The notes under the pieces are model-generated. The model was not told where the DNA came from. It ran no database searches and saw only the letters and a list, made by a program, of their open reading frames with translations. A program made the translations under genes and the position numbers. From positions 99,314 through 163,313 of the forward strand of contig CAMAXE010000005.1 in assembly GCA_945862145.1 (NCBI GenBank): a stretch of 64,000 bases of DNA, in the 5' to 3' direction. The DNA comes from Klebsiella pneumoniae. Lineage in GTDB: Bacteria > Pseudomonadota > Gammaproteobacteria > Pseudomonadales > UBA5518. Positions within the stretch are counted from its first letter, which is position 1, and each line of letters starts with the position of its first letter. Positions 46,901 through 54,985 of the stretch are shown here, one piece after another.

Positions 46901-47473
46901 CGGGTGCTCTACTTCGCCGGCTACAAGAAAGTGCAGGACCGCTACAAGGTGGCCGAGATCGAGGCCGCCGCGGACATCATCGTGTGGTGCTGCGACGAGG
47001 AACCCGGCTTTGCCCCCTCCCGGCCGCGGGACCACAGCTTTGTGGGCAATATCGTGCAGGCCATGGACAGCTATGCCGAGGGCCGCCTCGGCGACATCCC
47101 GATCCGTTTCGAGGACGTCGACCGCATCATCGCCATCGGCTCCGATCGCATGATGGCCGCAGTGGCTCGCGCGCGACACGAGGTGCTGAAACCGCGCCTC
47201 AAGCCCCACCATTTCGCAGTGGGCTCCATCAATTCACCCATGCAGTGCATGATGAAAGAGATCTGCGCACAGTGCCTGCAGCCGCACCGCGACCCGATCA
47301 CCGGCGAGACCAGCTACGTCTTCTCCTGCTTCAACCAGGATCAGGAACTCGACAAGGTCGACTGGAAAGTACTGAACGAGCGGCTGCGGCAGAACTCACT
47401 CGGAGAGAAGCTCACCGTGCAGTGGCTGCGGCACTGCATGCCCGAGGCACGGGCACAGCGGAGTTTCGTGTGA
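43997..47473 (+). CDS. Large multidomain iron-sulfur flavoprotein: unique N-domain + GltD/NfnB-like + PyrK/NfnA-like modules
   Basis: 1158 aa. Cys clusters 'CIWCHEQGRDSC', 'GCP' and 'CNDCMKSC'. Rossmann folds 'VLVVGLGPAGFTLAHHL' and 'VVVIGGGLTAIDTA'. C-terminal 'FQPGQFYRL', 'LLCGGGLGNAVLFSIG' and 2Fe-2S-type 'CMMKEICAQC...FSC'. Confidence 0.85.
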   Translation: MLSLAFGLQFTDLYARDGLLRIDQAFLEHLAAADASLRDTLRGARQAPAALARKAESELLIALASHLEDFIARLFGIESEARALAATHHALAPLYTVKRLFVQRFALTKIKEADLAGFDPEATRTSLFGTDFSELGFAHQVLVWQRDETANAAELGLAARYAAWAAGTAAGRALHGQGVLFKAPKKLDHQRLVPLVTEETLGFSRHSLEHTRRREGFALTDEGTDLAGALDEANYCIWCHEQGRDSCSSGLREKAAKGAPPESAPFRKSPFGVTLAGCPLEEKISEFHLVKTRGEPLAALAMIVVDNPMAAATGHRICNDCMKSCIYQKQDPVNIPQAETRTLKDVLELPWGFEIYSLLTRWNPLNIHRPVPLPDSGRKVLVVGLGPAGFTLAHHLMNDGHTVLGIDGLKIEPLEPELSGVGGTGRTPFVPVHRIEDLREPLDARVMAGFGGVAEYGITVRWDKNFLKLVRLLVERREQFAMFGGVRFGGTLTADDAWRMGFDHIALCIGAGGPTVLDIPNGLARGVRAASDFLMALQLTGAAKQDSIANMQLRLPVVVIGGGLTAIDTATESLAYYVVQIEKFLARYETLARENSEESVRASWDDYEREIAEEFLAHARAIRQERAQAATQGRNARVVEMLRHWGGVTIAYRRRLIDSPSYTLNHEEVEKALEEGIWFAEGLSPTGVDVDHYGAARGIRLKNGQTGTEHWFPARTVFVAAGTQPNTVLAREFPGSYTLDRKYFAAVDEAGHPAKPEKGAAKPATPQVLMKREPDGRFISYFGDVHPSYFGNVVKAMASAKQGYPVVSRALAGRTPQAATGGVEFLAAFGPQLLATVHHVERLTPTIVEVVVHAPLAAARFQPGQFYRLQNLENRAPAIDGTRLQMEGLAMTGAWVDREQGLVSVVALEMGGSSNLCAMLQPGEPVILMGPTGAPTEIEPNETVLLCGGGLGNAVLFSIGAAFRAAGSRVLYFAGYKKVQDRYKVAEIEAAADIIVWCCDEEPGFAPSRPRDHSFVGNIVQAMDSYAEGRLGDIPIRFEDVDRIIAIGSDRMMAAVARARHEVLKPRLKPHHFAVGSINSPMQCMMKEICAQCLQPHRDPITGETSYVFSCFNQDQELDKVDWKVLNERLRQNSLGEKLTVQWLRHCMPEARAQRSFV

Positions 47474-47483
47474 GAAGGCCACG

Positions 47484-47960
47484 CTGATAGCCGGGAAAAC
47501 CCGCAAGGGCGTCCGCGCCGTTGCCCTGCTCGAGCTCACCAAGGGCATCCTCGCGTTGCTGGCGGGCGCAGGGCTGCTCTCGGCACAGCACCCGGGGATG
47601 CGCCGCGCGCTGCTCGACATCGCCCAGCATGCGCACCTCAATCCGGCGCACGAGCATCCCAGCGTCTTCATGCAGGCGGCCAACACGCTCACCGATCGCC
47701 ATCTGCTGATGATGGCAGCAGGCGGACTGCTGTACGCCTCGGTGCGGTTCACCGAGTCCTACGGGCTCTGGTTCGAGCGACGCTGGGCCGAGTGGTTGGC
47801 GGCACTGAGCGGCGCCGTCTACATCCCCTTCGAGATCGTGGAGATCTGGCGCGAGGTGAGCTGGGTGAGCTTGGGCGTTTTGGGCGTGAACGTGCTGATC
47901 GTGGGCTACATGTCCTGGGTGCTCTACCGCTCGCGGGCGCTCGCCGCGGCGCAGGTCTGA
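47484..47960 (+). CDS. DUF2127-family membrane protein
   Basis: The track ORF starts at TTG 47556, but the conserved first helix ('GVRAVALLELTKGILALLAG') lies upstream in the same frame. The only candidate start there is CTG 47484, so the start is uncertain. 'RWAEWLAALSGAVYIPFEI' is typical of the family. Confidence 0.65.
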   Translation: MIAGKTRKGVRAVALLELTKGILALLAGAGLLSAQHPGMRRALLDIAQHAHLNPAHEHPSVFMQAANTLTDRHLLMMAAGGLLYASVRFTESYGLWFERRWAEWLAALSGAVYIPFEIVEIWREVSWVSLGVLGVNVLIVGYMSWVLYRSRALAAAQV

Positions 47961-47976
47961 GCGGTCTCGAACAGGC

Positions 47977-48444
47977 TCAGCCTGAATCTGCAGGACGCCG
48001 CCGCGCCCGCGCGACAAAACCATCCAGCGCGTTGGCGAAAGCCTGGCGGTCACGCTGATCAAGCGCCGCAGGGCCGCCCGTGTGCACCCCGCTCGCGCGC
48101 ATGGTGTCGAGGAAATCCCGCATGTTGAGGCGCTGGCGCACATTCTCGCGGGTGTAGAGCTCGCCGCGCGGATTGAGCGCCGTGGCGCCCTTGTCGATGA
48201 CTTCTGCTGCCAACGGGATGTCGGCGGTGATCACCAGATCGCCGGGCGCACAGCGCCGCACGATCTCGTTGTCGGCGATGTCAAAACCCTGCGCGACCTG
48301 CACCGCCTGCAGGAAGGGGCTGCGCGGCAACGGCACCGGCTGATTGGCCACAAAGCTCACCTGCAACTGCGCACGCTCGGCTACGCGAAAAAGAATCTCC
48401 TTCACCACCTTGGGGCAAGCATCGGCATCGACCCAGATCTGCAC
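47977..48444 (-). CDS. yaiI: YaiI/YqxD-family protein (UPF0178/DUF188)
   Basis: ORF 47977-48582. GTG 48444 gives the family-typical N-terminus '[10 protein letters not shown]'. '[13 protein letters not shown]' motif. Confidence 0.8.
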   Translation of the reverse strand: MQIWVDADACPKVVKEILFRVAERAQLQVSFVANQPVPLPRSPFLQAVQVAQGFDIADNEIVRRCAPGDLVITADIPLAAEVIDKGATALNPRGELYTRENVRQRLNMRDFLDTMRASGVHTGGPAALDQRDRQAFANALDGFVARARRRPADSG

Positions 48445-48449
48445 CGCGC

Positions 48450-48968
48450 TCAGGCCTGCCTTGCGGGATCGTCCAGCTCCGCGGGTGCGTTGCGGCCGGC
48501 GAAGATCACCTTGGCGATTCCCGCACACAGGTCCATCACCTCGGTGGATGTGCAATGGAAGGCCGACGCCGAGATTTTCCATTCGCCATCGAGCTTGGTG
48601 TACTCATCGATGTAGAAGCCGCCGAGCTGCGTGACGTTGCGGTCACGCGTGTTGATCATGAAATAGTAGAGACCCCAGGTGGCTTCGGCGCGGGTTGCGT
48701 CCAGCACGCTAACCTGCGGATTCTGCGCGTGGTGCATCTCGACGATGTGCTCCTGGCAGGCGAGCTCGGTGAAAATCGCCACCATGTCGGCGGCGGCGCT
48801 GAATTGTCCGATGCGCCCGTAGTCGAGCCGGATTTCCCCGGGTGCAAAGCACGACAGCACCTCGGCCGGACGCTTCTGGTCGCAGGCGAAGAAGTAGCGG
48901 TGCTTCAGCTGACGGATGGCCTCGATGTCCTCGAGGCGGGTGATGCGGTGTTCCAGCGATGTGGTCAT
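48450..48968 (-). CDS. NTF2-like (SnoaL_4-type) protein
   Basis: 172 aa. '[20 protein letters not shown]' N-terminus typical of SnoaL_4/NTF2-family proteins. Confidence 0.75.
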   Translation of the reverse strand: MTTSLEHRITRLEDIEAIRQLKHRYFFACDQKRPAEVLSCFAPGEIRLDYGRIGQFSAAADMVAIFTELACQEHIVEMHHAQNPQVSVLDATRAEATWGLYYFMINTRDRNVTQLGGFYIDEYTKLDGEWKISASAFHCTSTEVMDLCAGIAKVIFAGRNAPAELDDPARQA

Positions 48969-48974
48969 GGTTTG

Positions 48975-49883
48975 TCAGGCCTTCTTGAGAAGTTGTGGCC
49001 CGAGCGCCTGGATCATCTCGCGCATGCCATCCTTCCAGTCGACCTCGGTAGGCCCGGCAATAGCGTCAAGTTTAGTGGTGTCTATCTGCAGGCTGCCGAA
49101 GCCCTTGGGGTTCTCCTTGAACACCGGCTGGAAGCCCGTCAACTCCGCCAGATACGCGCACCATTCCTCGATACTCACCGCCTGCGAGCCACCGAAGTTC
49201 ACGGTGGTGGCATCGGTGGAAGCTGCCGCCAGCAAGGCGGGAATCTTGGCGAGGCAGTCGCTCTCGTGCAACGGGTTGTAGACATTGGGACGGTCCGGGT
49301 GCAGCTCGATTGGCACGCCGTGCTGCATCATCATCACGTGGTACCAGGGCCAGCCCCCGTTGTTGCCGTAGGGCACGCTGAGGCGTGCAATCGTGGTGGG
49401 GATACCGAACTCGCGTGCGGTGAATCGCGCTACCGTCTCGGCGGCGATCTTGGCGATGCTGTAGGTCGGGTACATCGCACGGTGGTTGTCGCCGAGCGGT
49501 GAGTCCTCGCGGCGCGGTTCGTGGCCGGCGTACTCGTATACCGCAGTGGACGAGAAGTGCAGGAAACCCTTCACGCCACGCGTGCGCAGCATCAGGCGGC
49601 CCACGCCCTCGGCGTTGGCGCGCAGGTCGTAGTCGAAATCACCGCTCTTCACCACGGCGAGGTTCAGCACGTAGTCGAGATCCTGCGGCACCTCGGTGAG
49701 CGCATCGGTGGCGAGATCAGCCGCGATGGTATGCGCACCGAGCGCCTCGATCGCCGCACGATCCTCGGCTTTCGAGAAGCGCGCCAACGTGAACACCTCG
49801 TTTGCCGGCGCGAGTGCTGCAACCAGCGGCCGCGCAACCTGCCCCGTAGGCCCCGTGATCAATATCCGCTTGCCAGTCAACAT
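48975..49883 (-). CDS. NAD-dependent epimerase/dehydratase family protein
   Basis: ORF 48975-49970. ATG 49883 is preceded by AGGAGG. 'ILITGPTGQVARPL' Rossmann and 'YSIAK' (YxxxK). Confidence 0.85.
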   Translation of the reverse strand: MLTGKRILITGPTGQVARPLVAALAPANEVFTLARFSKAEDRAAIEALGAHTIAADLATDALTEVPQDLDYVLNLAVVKSGDFDYDLRANAEGVGRLMLRTRGVKGFLHFSSTAVYEYAGHEPRREDSPLGDNHRAMYPTYSIAKIAAETVARFTAREFGIPTTIARLSVPYGNNGGWPWYHVMMMQHGVPIELHPDRPNVYNPLHESDCLAKIPALLAAASTDATTVNFGGSQAVSIEEWCAYLAELTGFQPVFKENPKGFGSLQIDTTKLDAIAGPTEVDWKDGMREMIQALGPQLLKKA

Positions 49884-49941
49884 CAGTAACCCTCCTTTTC
49901 GTGAATACCCTTCCAGCACAGACCCGGTAGACGCCGCCGCA

Positions 49942-50232
49942 TCAGCGGCGTTGCCACCAGGGGCGGGCACACGCAGGCAAAGCGGGCACCACTGCGAGGT
50001 TCTCGTGGTAGAGCACCTCGGTAAAGGCGCTCACCGCGAACTTGCTCGCATTGTAGGCGCCAACACCGAGCATGGGCAGCCAGCCGGCAAGCGAGGAGAA
50101 ACTGATCAAATCACCGGCGCCGCGCGCGACCTTGGCCGGTAACGCCGCCTGTGCGGCCATCATCCGGCAGGCGAGACGCCCCATGCCGCTCCCGGCTCCC
50201 GTCACCAGAACAATACGTCCCCGCATTGCCAT
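49942..50232 (-). pseudogene. Remnant of a classical SDR gene (internal deletion and truncated 3' end)
   Basis: 96-aa ORF. 'IVLVTGAGSGMGR' cofactor motif is followed after only ~35 aa by the active-site region 'SSLAG...YNASK', where intact SDRs have ~130 aa between them. The usual C-terminal third is absent. Confidence 0.6.
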
Positions 50233-50375
50233 CTGCCTGCTGCCCCCCTGCGGTTGCGAGTGCGAGTCTACGCTACCCGCCGCAACCGCGGTGCGGGGCG
50301 CTTTTTCGCCCCGCTGCAGTGCCGCTGTCGTACACTGATCTTGGCTCGCAAACCCGCACCCCGACCGGAGACACG

Positions 50376-51197
50376 ATGAATCTGATGACCTGGATCGCCC
50401 GCCTGCTGCGGAGCGTGATCGGGCTGGCGCTGCTGGCCTTCAGCCTCGTGAGCGCGGTGATCATCGCCGTGGTGGTGTTCATCGGCGGCATCCTGCTCGC
50501 GCTCTCTGTCGGCCGCGGTCGCGGCCCTTGGCGCACGGTGATGCGCGACGCGAGCGCCGCCCGTAAAACCTTCTTCGAGACCGCCTTCCGGCTAATGGGC
50601 CGCATCGCCAAGAGCGATGGGCACATCAGCGAGGAGGAAATCGCGCTCACCGAGCAGCTGATTTCACGGCTTGGGCTGACACCGGACCATCGCCAGGAAG
50701 CCATCGGGCACTTCAAGCGCGGTGCCGACCCTGCCTTCGACATCGACGCCCAGCTCCGCGAGTTCGGCATTCACTGCGGCAAGCACCCGAATCTACGGCA
50801 GATGCTGATGGTGTTTCTGTTCAACACGGCCATTGCTGATGGCAGCATTTCCCCGGACGAACATGCGCTGCTGCGGCGCATCGCACTCGGGATCGGTTTC
50901 GCGGAGCAGCAATTCGAGCAGCTGCTGCGGATGTTCACGGCCCAGGAACAGTTTGCCGGCGGCGGCAGTGGAGCGCCACGCACCAATGCGCTCGCAGAAG
51001 CCTATGCCGCGCTGGGCGTCGAGGCGAGCGTCAGCGATCGCGACGTGAAGCACGCCTACCGCAAGCTGATGAGTCAGTACCATCCCGACAAACTGATCGC
51101 CGAGGGCATGCCCGAGGATATGGTGCGCATGGCGACCGAACGCACGCAGGACATACAGAACGCCTGGGAGCCGGTGCGCAAGGCGCGCGGACTCTGA
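50376..51197 (+). CDS. djlA: Co-chaperone DjlA (TM helix, TerB-like domain, C-terminal J domain)
   Basis: ORF 50151-51197, ATG at 50376. 'GRIAKSDGHISEEEI' TerB-like repeats. J domain 'AYRKLMSQYHPDK'. Confidence 0.85.
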   Translation: MNLMTWIARLLRSVIGLALLAFSLVSAVIIAVVVFIGGILLALSVGRGRGPWRTVMRDASAARKTFFETAFRLMGRIAKSDGHISEEEIALTEQLISRLGLTPDHRQEAIGHFKRGADPAFDIDAQLREFGIHCGKHPNLRQMLMVFLFNTAIADGSISPDEHALLRRIALGIGFAEQQFEQLLRMFTAQEQFAGGGSGAPRTNALAEAYAALGVEASVSDRDVKHAYRKLMSQYHPDKLIAEGMPEDMVRMATERTQDIQNAWEPVRKARGL

Positions 51198-51222
51198 TCA
51201 AAGCACAGGGGAAGCAGCGCGC

Positions 51223-52119
51223 ATGGAGACCGTGATGGCGTGGGGCATCGCCCTCATTCTGGATATCCAGTCGCTGCGCACGCCCGGCATTGATGCCTTC
51301 TTCCGCGCTGTCACCCAGCTCGGTGGCGTCGGCCAGCTGTGGATAGTTCCCGCGCTGGTCTGGTGCCTCAGCTACCGCATGGGCTCGCGGGTACTGCTGG
51401 CGATGCTGGTATCGGCAGGAATCAACTTCGGGCTGAAGGATCTTTTCGCCCAGCCACGGCCTTTCCTGCTGGAGCCGCGTATCGGACCCGACCGGGAGCT
51501 GGGCTACGGCATCCCGAGCGGCCACGCCCAGCACACGGCGCTCGAGTGGGCGCTGGTGGCGGCCTGGTCCGGCCGCCGGTGGTGCTTCGCGGCGGCGGGC
51601 ATCCTGATCGCGCTGATCGGCTTTTCGCGGGTTTATCTGGGGGTGCACTTTCCCAGCGACGTACTCGCCGGCTGGGCTATGGCGGCGTTCCTGGTGTGGC
51701 TGCAACTGCGTCACGGCGACCGGCTGGCCGCATCGTTAGCGCAGCGCGCAATCACCCAGCAGATCCTGCTGGCGGCAGCGGCTTCCGCGCTGTTTGTACT
51801 GGTCTACCTTTTGCTGCCCCGCACGACCTGGCTGGTGGGCACCGGCGGGCTTTTCTTCGGGTCGGCAGCGGGCATGGCGCTTTGCGCCCGCTGGCTGCGC
51901 GCACCAGAAGGCGGCGCCTGGTGGCATCGCCTGCTACGCTATGCAGTGGGCATGGTGCCGCTGGTGCTGTGGGTGAAACAATCAGGGGGCTGGGTTCCCG
52001 ACGCCCACGGAATCGCTTATTTCGTAGTGATCTACGCAAACTGCGCCGTGGGTGGTTTGTGGGTCACCGCAGGAGCGCCGGCGGCTTTCCAGGCCCTCGG
52101 CCTTAGTCCGTCCAACTAG
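51223..52119 (+). CDS. PAP2-family phosphatase (membrane)
   Basis: Tripartite PAP2 motif: 'KDLFAQPRP', 'PSGH', 'SRVYLGVHFPSD'. Confidence 0.85.
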   Translation: METVMAWGIALILDIQSLRTPGIDAFFRAVTQLGGVGQLWIVPALVWCLSYRMGSRVLLAMLVSAGINFGLKDLFAQPRPFLLEPRIGPDRELGYGIPSGHAQHTALEWALVAAWSGRRWCFAAAGILIALIGFSRVYLGVHFPSDVLAGWAMAAFLVWLQLRHGDRLAASLAQRAITQQILLAAAASALFVLVYLLLPRTTWLVGTGGLFFGSAAGMALCARWLRAPEGGAWWHRLLRYAVGMVPLVLWVKQSGGWVPDAHGIAYFVVIYANCAVGGLWVTAGAPAAFQALGLSPSN

Positions 52120-52132
52120 CGGGAGACACGGG

Positions 52133-53659
52133 TTGCGCGACGACGAATACATACGCCACGACGCGACCGCGCTGGCCGAACTGGTACGCAGCGGCGAGAC
52201 CACTGCGGGCGAGTTGCTCGATGCGGCTAACGCGCGGCTGGCGCGCTGGAACCCGTTGATCAATGCGGTGGTGATCCCGCTCGAGGAGCGGGCGCGCGAG
52301 CAGATCCGCCGCGGCGTGCCGCAGGGCCCCTTCGTCGGCGTGCCCTTCCTGATCAAGGACCTGGACGGCTTCCTGGCCGGCGCCGAGTTCACGGCATCGT
52401 CCCGCTCCCTCGCCGGCTTCGTGCCTGAGCGTGACAGCGAACTCTTCCGGCGTTACGAACAAGCGGGACTGCTCATTTTCGGCAAGACGAACACACCGGA
52501 ATTCGGACTGCTGGGCACCACCGAGAGCCGCTTTCGTGGCCCTGCCCGCAACCCCTGGCAGACATCGCACACGCCAGGCGGCAGTTCCGGAGGCTCGGCC
52601 GCAGCGGTAGCCGCGCGCATCGCACCCATGGCGCACGCCGGCGATGGCGGCGGCTCGATCCGCATCCCCGCCTCGGCCTGCGGCCTGTTCGGCCTCAAGC
52701 CCTCGCGCGGGCGCACCCCGATGGGCCCCGACGAGAGCGAGCAATGGAGCGGCCTGGTGCAGCGGCACGCCGTGACCGTGAGCGTGCGCGACAGCGCCCG
52801 CTTACTGGACGCAACGCTGGGGCGCGATATCGGTGCCCCCTACATGGCGCCGCCCCCGGAGCGGCCCTACGCTGAAGAGGTCAAACGCAACCCAGGCGTG
52901 CTGCGGATCGCATTTTCGAAAGGCTCGCTGTTCGGGAACAGCGTGCATCAGGAATGCGCCGATGCCGTGGAAGACACGGCAAAACTGCTCTCGCAACTGG
53001 GCCATGAGGTCGTCGAGGCGGCACCGCCCATCGATCGCGAGGCTCTCAGTCACGCCTTCCTCGTGACCTTGGCGGCATGCACAGCGGCGATCGTCCGCAA
53101 GGTGGAGCGCATGCGTGGCCGCCAGGTTCGCGCCCGCGAGATCGAGCCTGCCACCCAGTTCCTCGCGCGTTTGGGAGAGTCGCTGACGGCGGGCGAATAC
53201 GAGAGCGCCCGGCTCTGCATGCAGGCGGGCTCGCGTGCTATAGCGCCGTTCTTCGAGGAGCATGACGTCTTCCTGGACGCCACCATGACCTACCCCCCGG
53301 CACGGATCGGCGAGTGGGCACTCCCGCGCCCGCTGGAAGCCGCGATCCGCGTGCTGGCACCGGTGGCGCCGCGACGCCTCATGCTCGAGGCCTTGGAGAG
53401 GTTTGCGGCAGATGCGCTAGAGCACACCGCCAACACCATGCTGTTCAATATGAGCGGACAACCCTCGATGAGCGTACCGCTGGCGTGGAGCAAGGCAGGG
53501 CTGCCGGCCGACGTGAAGCGCATCTGGAGTAACGACGGACTTCCGCTCGGGATGCAGTTCACCGCCCGCTACGGCGACGAGGCAACGCTCTTCCGGCTCG
53601 CTGCACAACTCGAGATGGCCCGCCCGTGGCGCGATCGTATACCGCAGGATCCCTCCTGA
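52133..53659 (+). CDS. Amidase-signature (AS) family amidase
   Basis: ORF 52052-53659. TTG 52133 lies 6 nt after GGGAGA and just downstream of the PAP2 stop. 'FLIKDL', 'GGSSGGSAAAVAA', 'GDGGGSIRIPASACG'. Confidence 0.85.
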   Translation: MRDDEYIRHDATALAELVRSGETTAGELLDAANARLARWNPLINAVVIPLEERAREQIRRGVPQGPFVGVPFLIKDLDGFLAGAEFTASSRSLAGFVPERDSELFRRYEQAGLLIFGKTNTPEFGLLGTTESRFRGPARNPWQTSHTPGGSSGGSAAAVAARIAPMAHAGDGGGSIRIPASACGLFGLKPSRGRTPMGPDESEQWSGLVQRHAVTVSVRDSARLLDATLGRDIGAPYMAPPPERPYAEEVKRNPGVLRIAFSKGSLFGNSVHQECADAVEDTAKLLSQLGHEVVEAAPPIDREALSHAFLVTLAACTAAIVRKVERMRGRQVRAREIEPATQFLARLGESLTAGEYESARLCMQAGSRAIAPFFEEHDVFLDATMTYPPARIGEWALPRPLEAAIRVLAPVAPRRLMLEALERFAADALEHTANTMLFNMSGQPSMSVPLAWSKAGLPADVKRIWSNDGLPLGMQFTARYGDEATLFRLAAQLEMARPWRDRIPQDPS

Positions 53660-53662
53660 GAC

Positions 53663-54085
53663 TCAGTCCGCGGCGGCCGCTGCCGCAAGGCGCGCGTACA
53701 GCGCCTTCAGGGCATCGGCATCGCGCTTGATCATCGCCTTGATCTGCAAGCCGCTCTCGAAATGGCCCGGCGCCAGCCCCGGGGAACTCCAACGCACCTG
53801 CACGCCTATGCGAGCGTGGTGAGCGGGATCCTCAGGGGTGGAGCAGTCGATCAGCAGATCGAGGGCCATCCCGTTGCGCAGCGCCCCGGCGCTCTCGAGG
53901 CGCAGTCCTGTCTCCGAGAGATCGAGAATGCGACCGAGCTCATCACGGGTAGTGGTATCGAGAACCTTGGTCCTTGCCCGCGGCCGGCGCCTCGCGCTGC
54001 TGCGCCGCTGCTCGCCGGTGAGGGCGGCGGGCGCCGGCACGGCTGCCGCAACTGTTACCGGCTTCTTGCTCGCACGCTTGGCCAT
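53663..54085 (-). CDS. PilZ-domain protein (putative c-di-GMP receptor)
   Basis: 'RRSSAR' (RxxxR) followed ~24 aa later by 'DLSETG' (DxSxxG), the two PilZ signature motifs. 140 aa. Confidence 0.7.
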   Translation of the reverse strand: MAKRASKKPVTVAAAVPAPAALTGEQRRSSARRRPRARTKVLDTTTRDELGRILDLSETGLRLESAGALRNGMALDLLIDCSTPEDPAHHARIGVQVRWSSPGLAPGHFESGLQIKAMIKRDADALKALYARLAAAAAAD

Positions 54086-54146
54086 CTGACACCCTCCCGA
54101 CGAACGGAGAACATAGCGCAGTAATCGCAGTAGCGCGAGAAAACAC

Positions 54147-54974
54147 TCACGCGCGGTTCAGATAACCAGTGAGGGGATCGCCACCGCGGTAGGACCCCAG
54201 CGCGTCGATGAAAAGATGAAACAGCTCCGCCTGCGAGGAGACATCGAGCTTGGCGTAACTGTGCTTGCGGTGGAGCTTCACAGTCTCCGGAGATATTCCC
54301 AGCCGTGCGGCGATCGACTTGGTGGAATGTCCGCGCAACAGCAGCTGGATCACCTCGGTTTCGCGGTCGGTGAGAAAATCCCGGCCAAAGAACTTGAGTG
54401 CGGAATCGAGCTGCGTGGTGAGCATCCGGTTGCCGCCGGGCTCAGGCGGCGCCCAGTGACGGCGCAGGAGTTCATCGACCAGCGGCTGGAAATCCAGCAG
54501 TAACCGGTAGTCAGCCGCACTGAAGCGTGCGCTTGCGCCACGCACCCCGAGCGAGAGGTGCACGCAACTGCCGCCCGCGTCCGGCACCAGATAGCCGATC
54601 TCGTCGGCGATGCCGGTGCGCGCAAAGTGCAAGCGGAAGTACTCCGAGGAACGGAAAGCGCTCGGCGCCAGCTGCTGCAACCGGTAGCAGCCCGGAGCCA
54701 CGCCATCGGCGAAAGCGCGGTAGAAAGGGTCGAGCAGATAGGCACCCTTCAGGTAGGTCGCCAGGTTGACAGCGGCCTGCGGCCCCGCGCTGAGATCATG
54801 CGCCAGTTCGGGCGCGAGGCCATGGCGGTAGAGCACCACCATCACGTCATCGGCAGGCACCAGCGCCCGCAGCGCCCGCACCAGCCCGCCCACCAGCGCA
54901 GGCGTGCCGGCCTCGCGCACAACACTGGCGAGTGCATCTCCGAGCGCACGGTGATCGGGCTTGGTGTCGCGCAA
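54147..54974 (-). CDS. LuxR/FixJ-type HTH transcriptional regulator with an uncharacterised N-terminal domain
   Basis: ORF 54147-55349. TTG 54974 lies 6 nt after AGAGGG and 12 nt downstream of the OPT stop. C-terminal HTH 'TDRETEVIQLLLRGHSTKSIAARLGISPETVKLHRKHSYAKL'. Confidence 0.75.
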   Translation of the reverse strand: MRDTKPDHRALGDALASVVREAGTPALVGGLVRALRALVPADDVMVVLYRHGLAPELAHDLSAGPQAAVNLATYLKGAYLLDPFYRAFADGVAPGCYRLQQLAPSAFRSSEYFRLHFARTGIADEIGYLVPDAGGSCVHLSLGVRGASARFSAADYRLLLDFQPLVDELLRRHWAPPEPGGNRMLTTQLDSALKFFGRDFLTDRETEVIQLLLRGHSTKSIAARLGISPETVKLHRKHSYAKLDVSSQAELFHLFIDALGSYRGGDPLTGYLNRA

Positions 54975-54985
54975 CTGCGGCCCTC

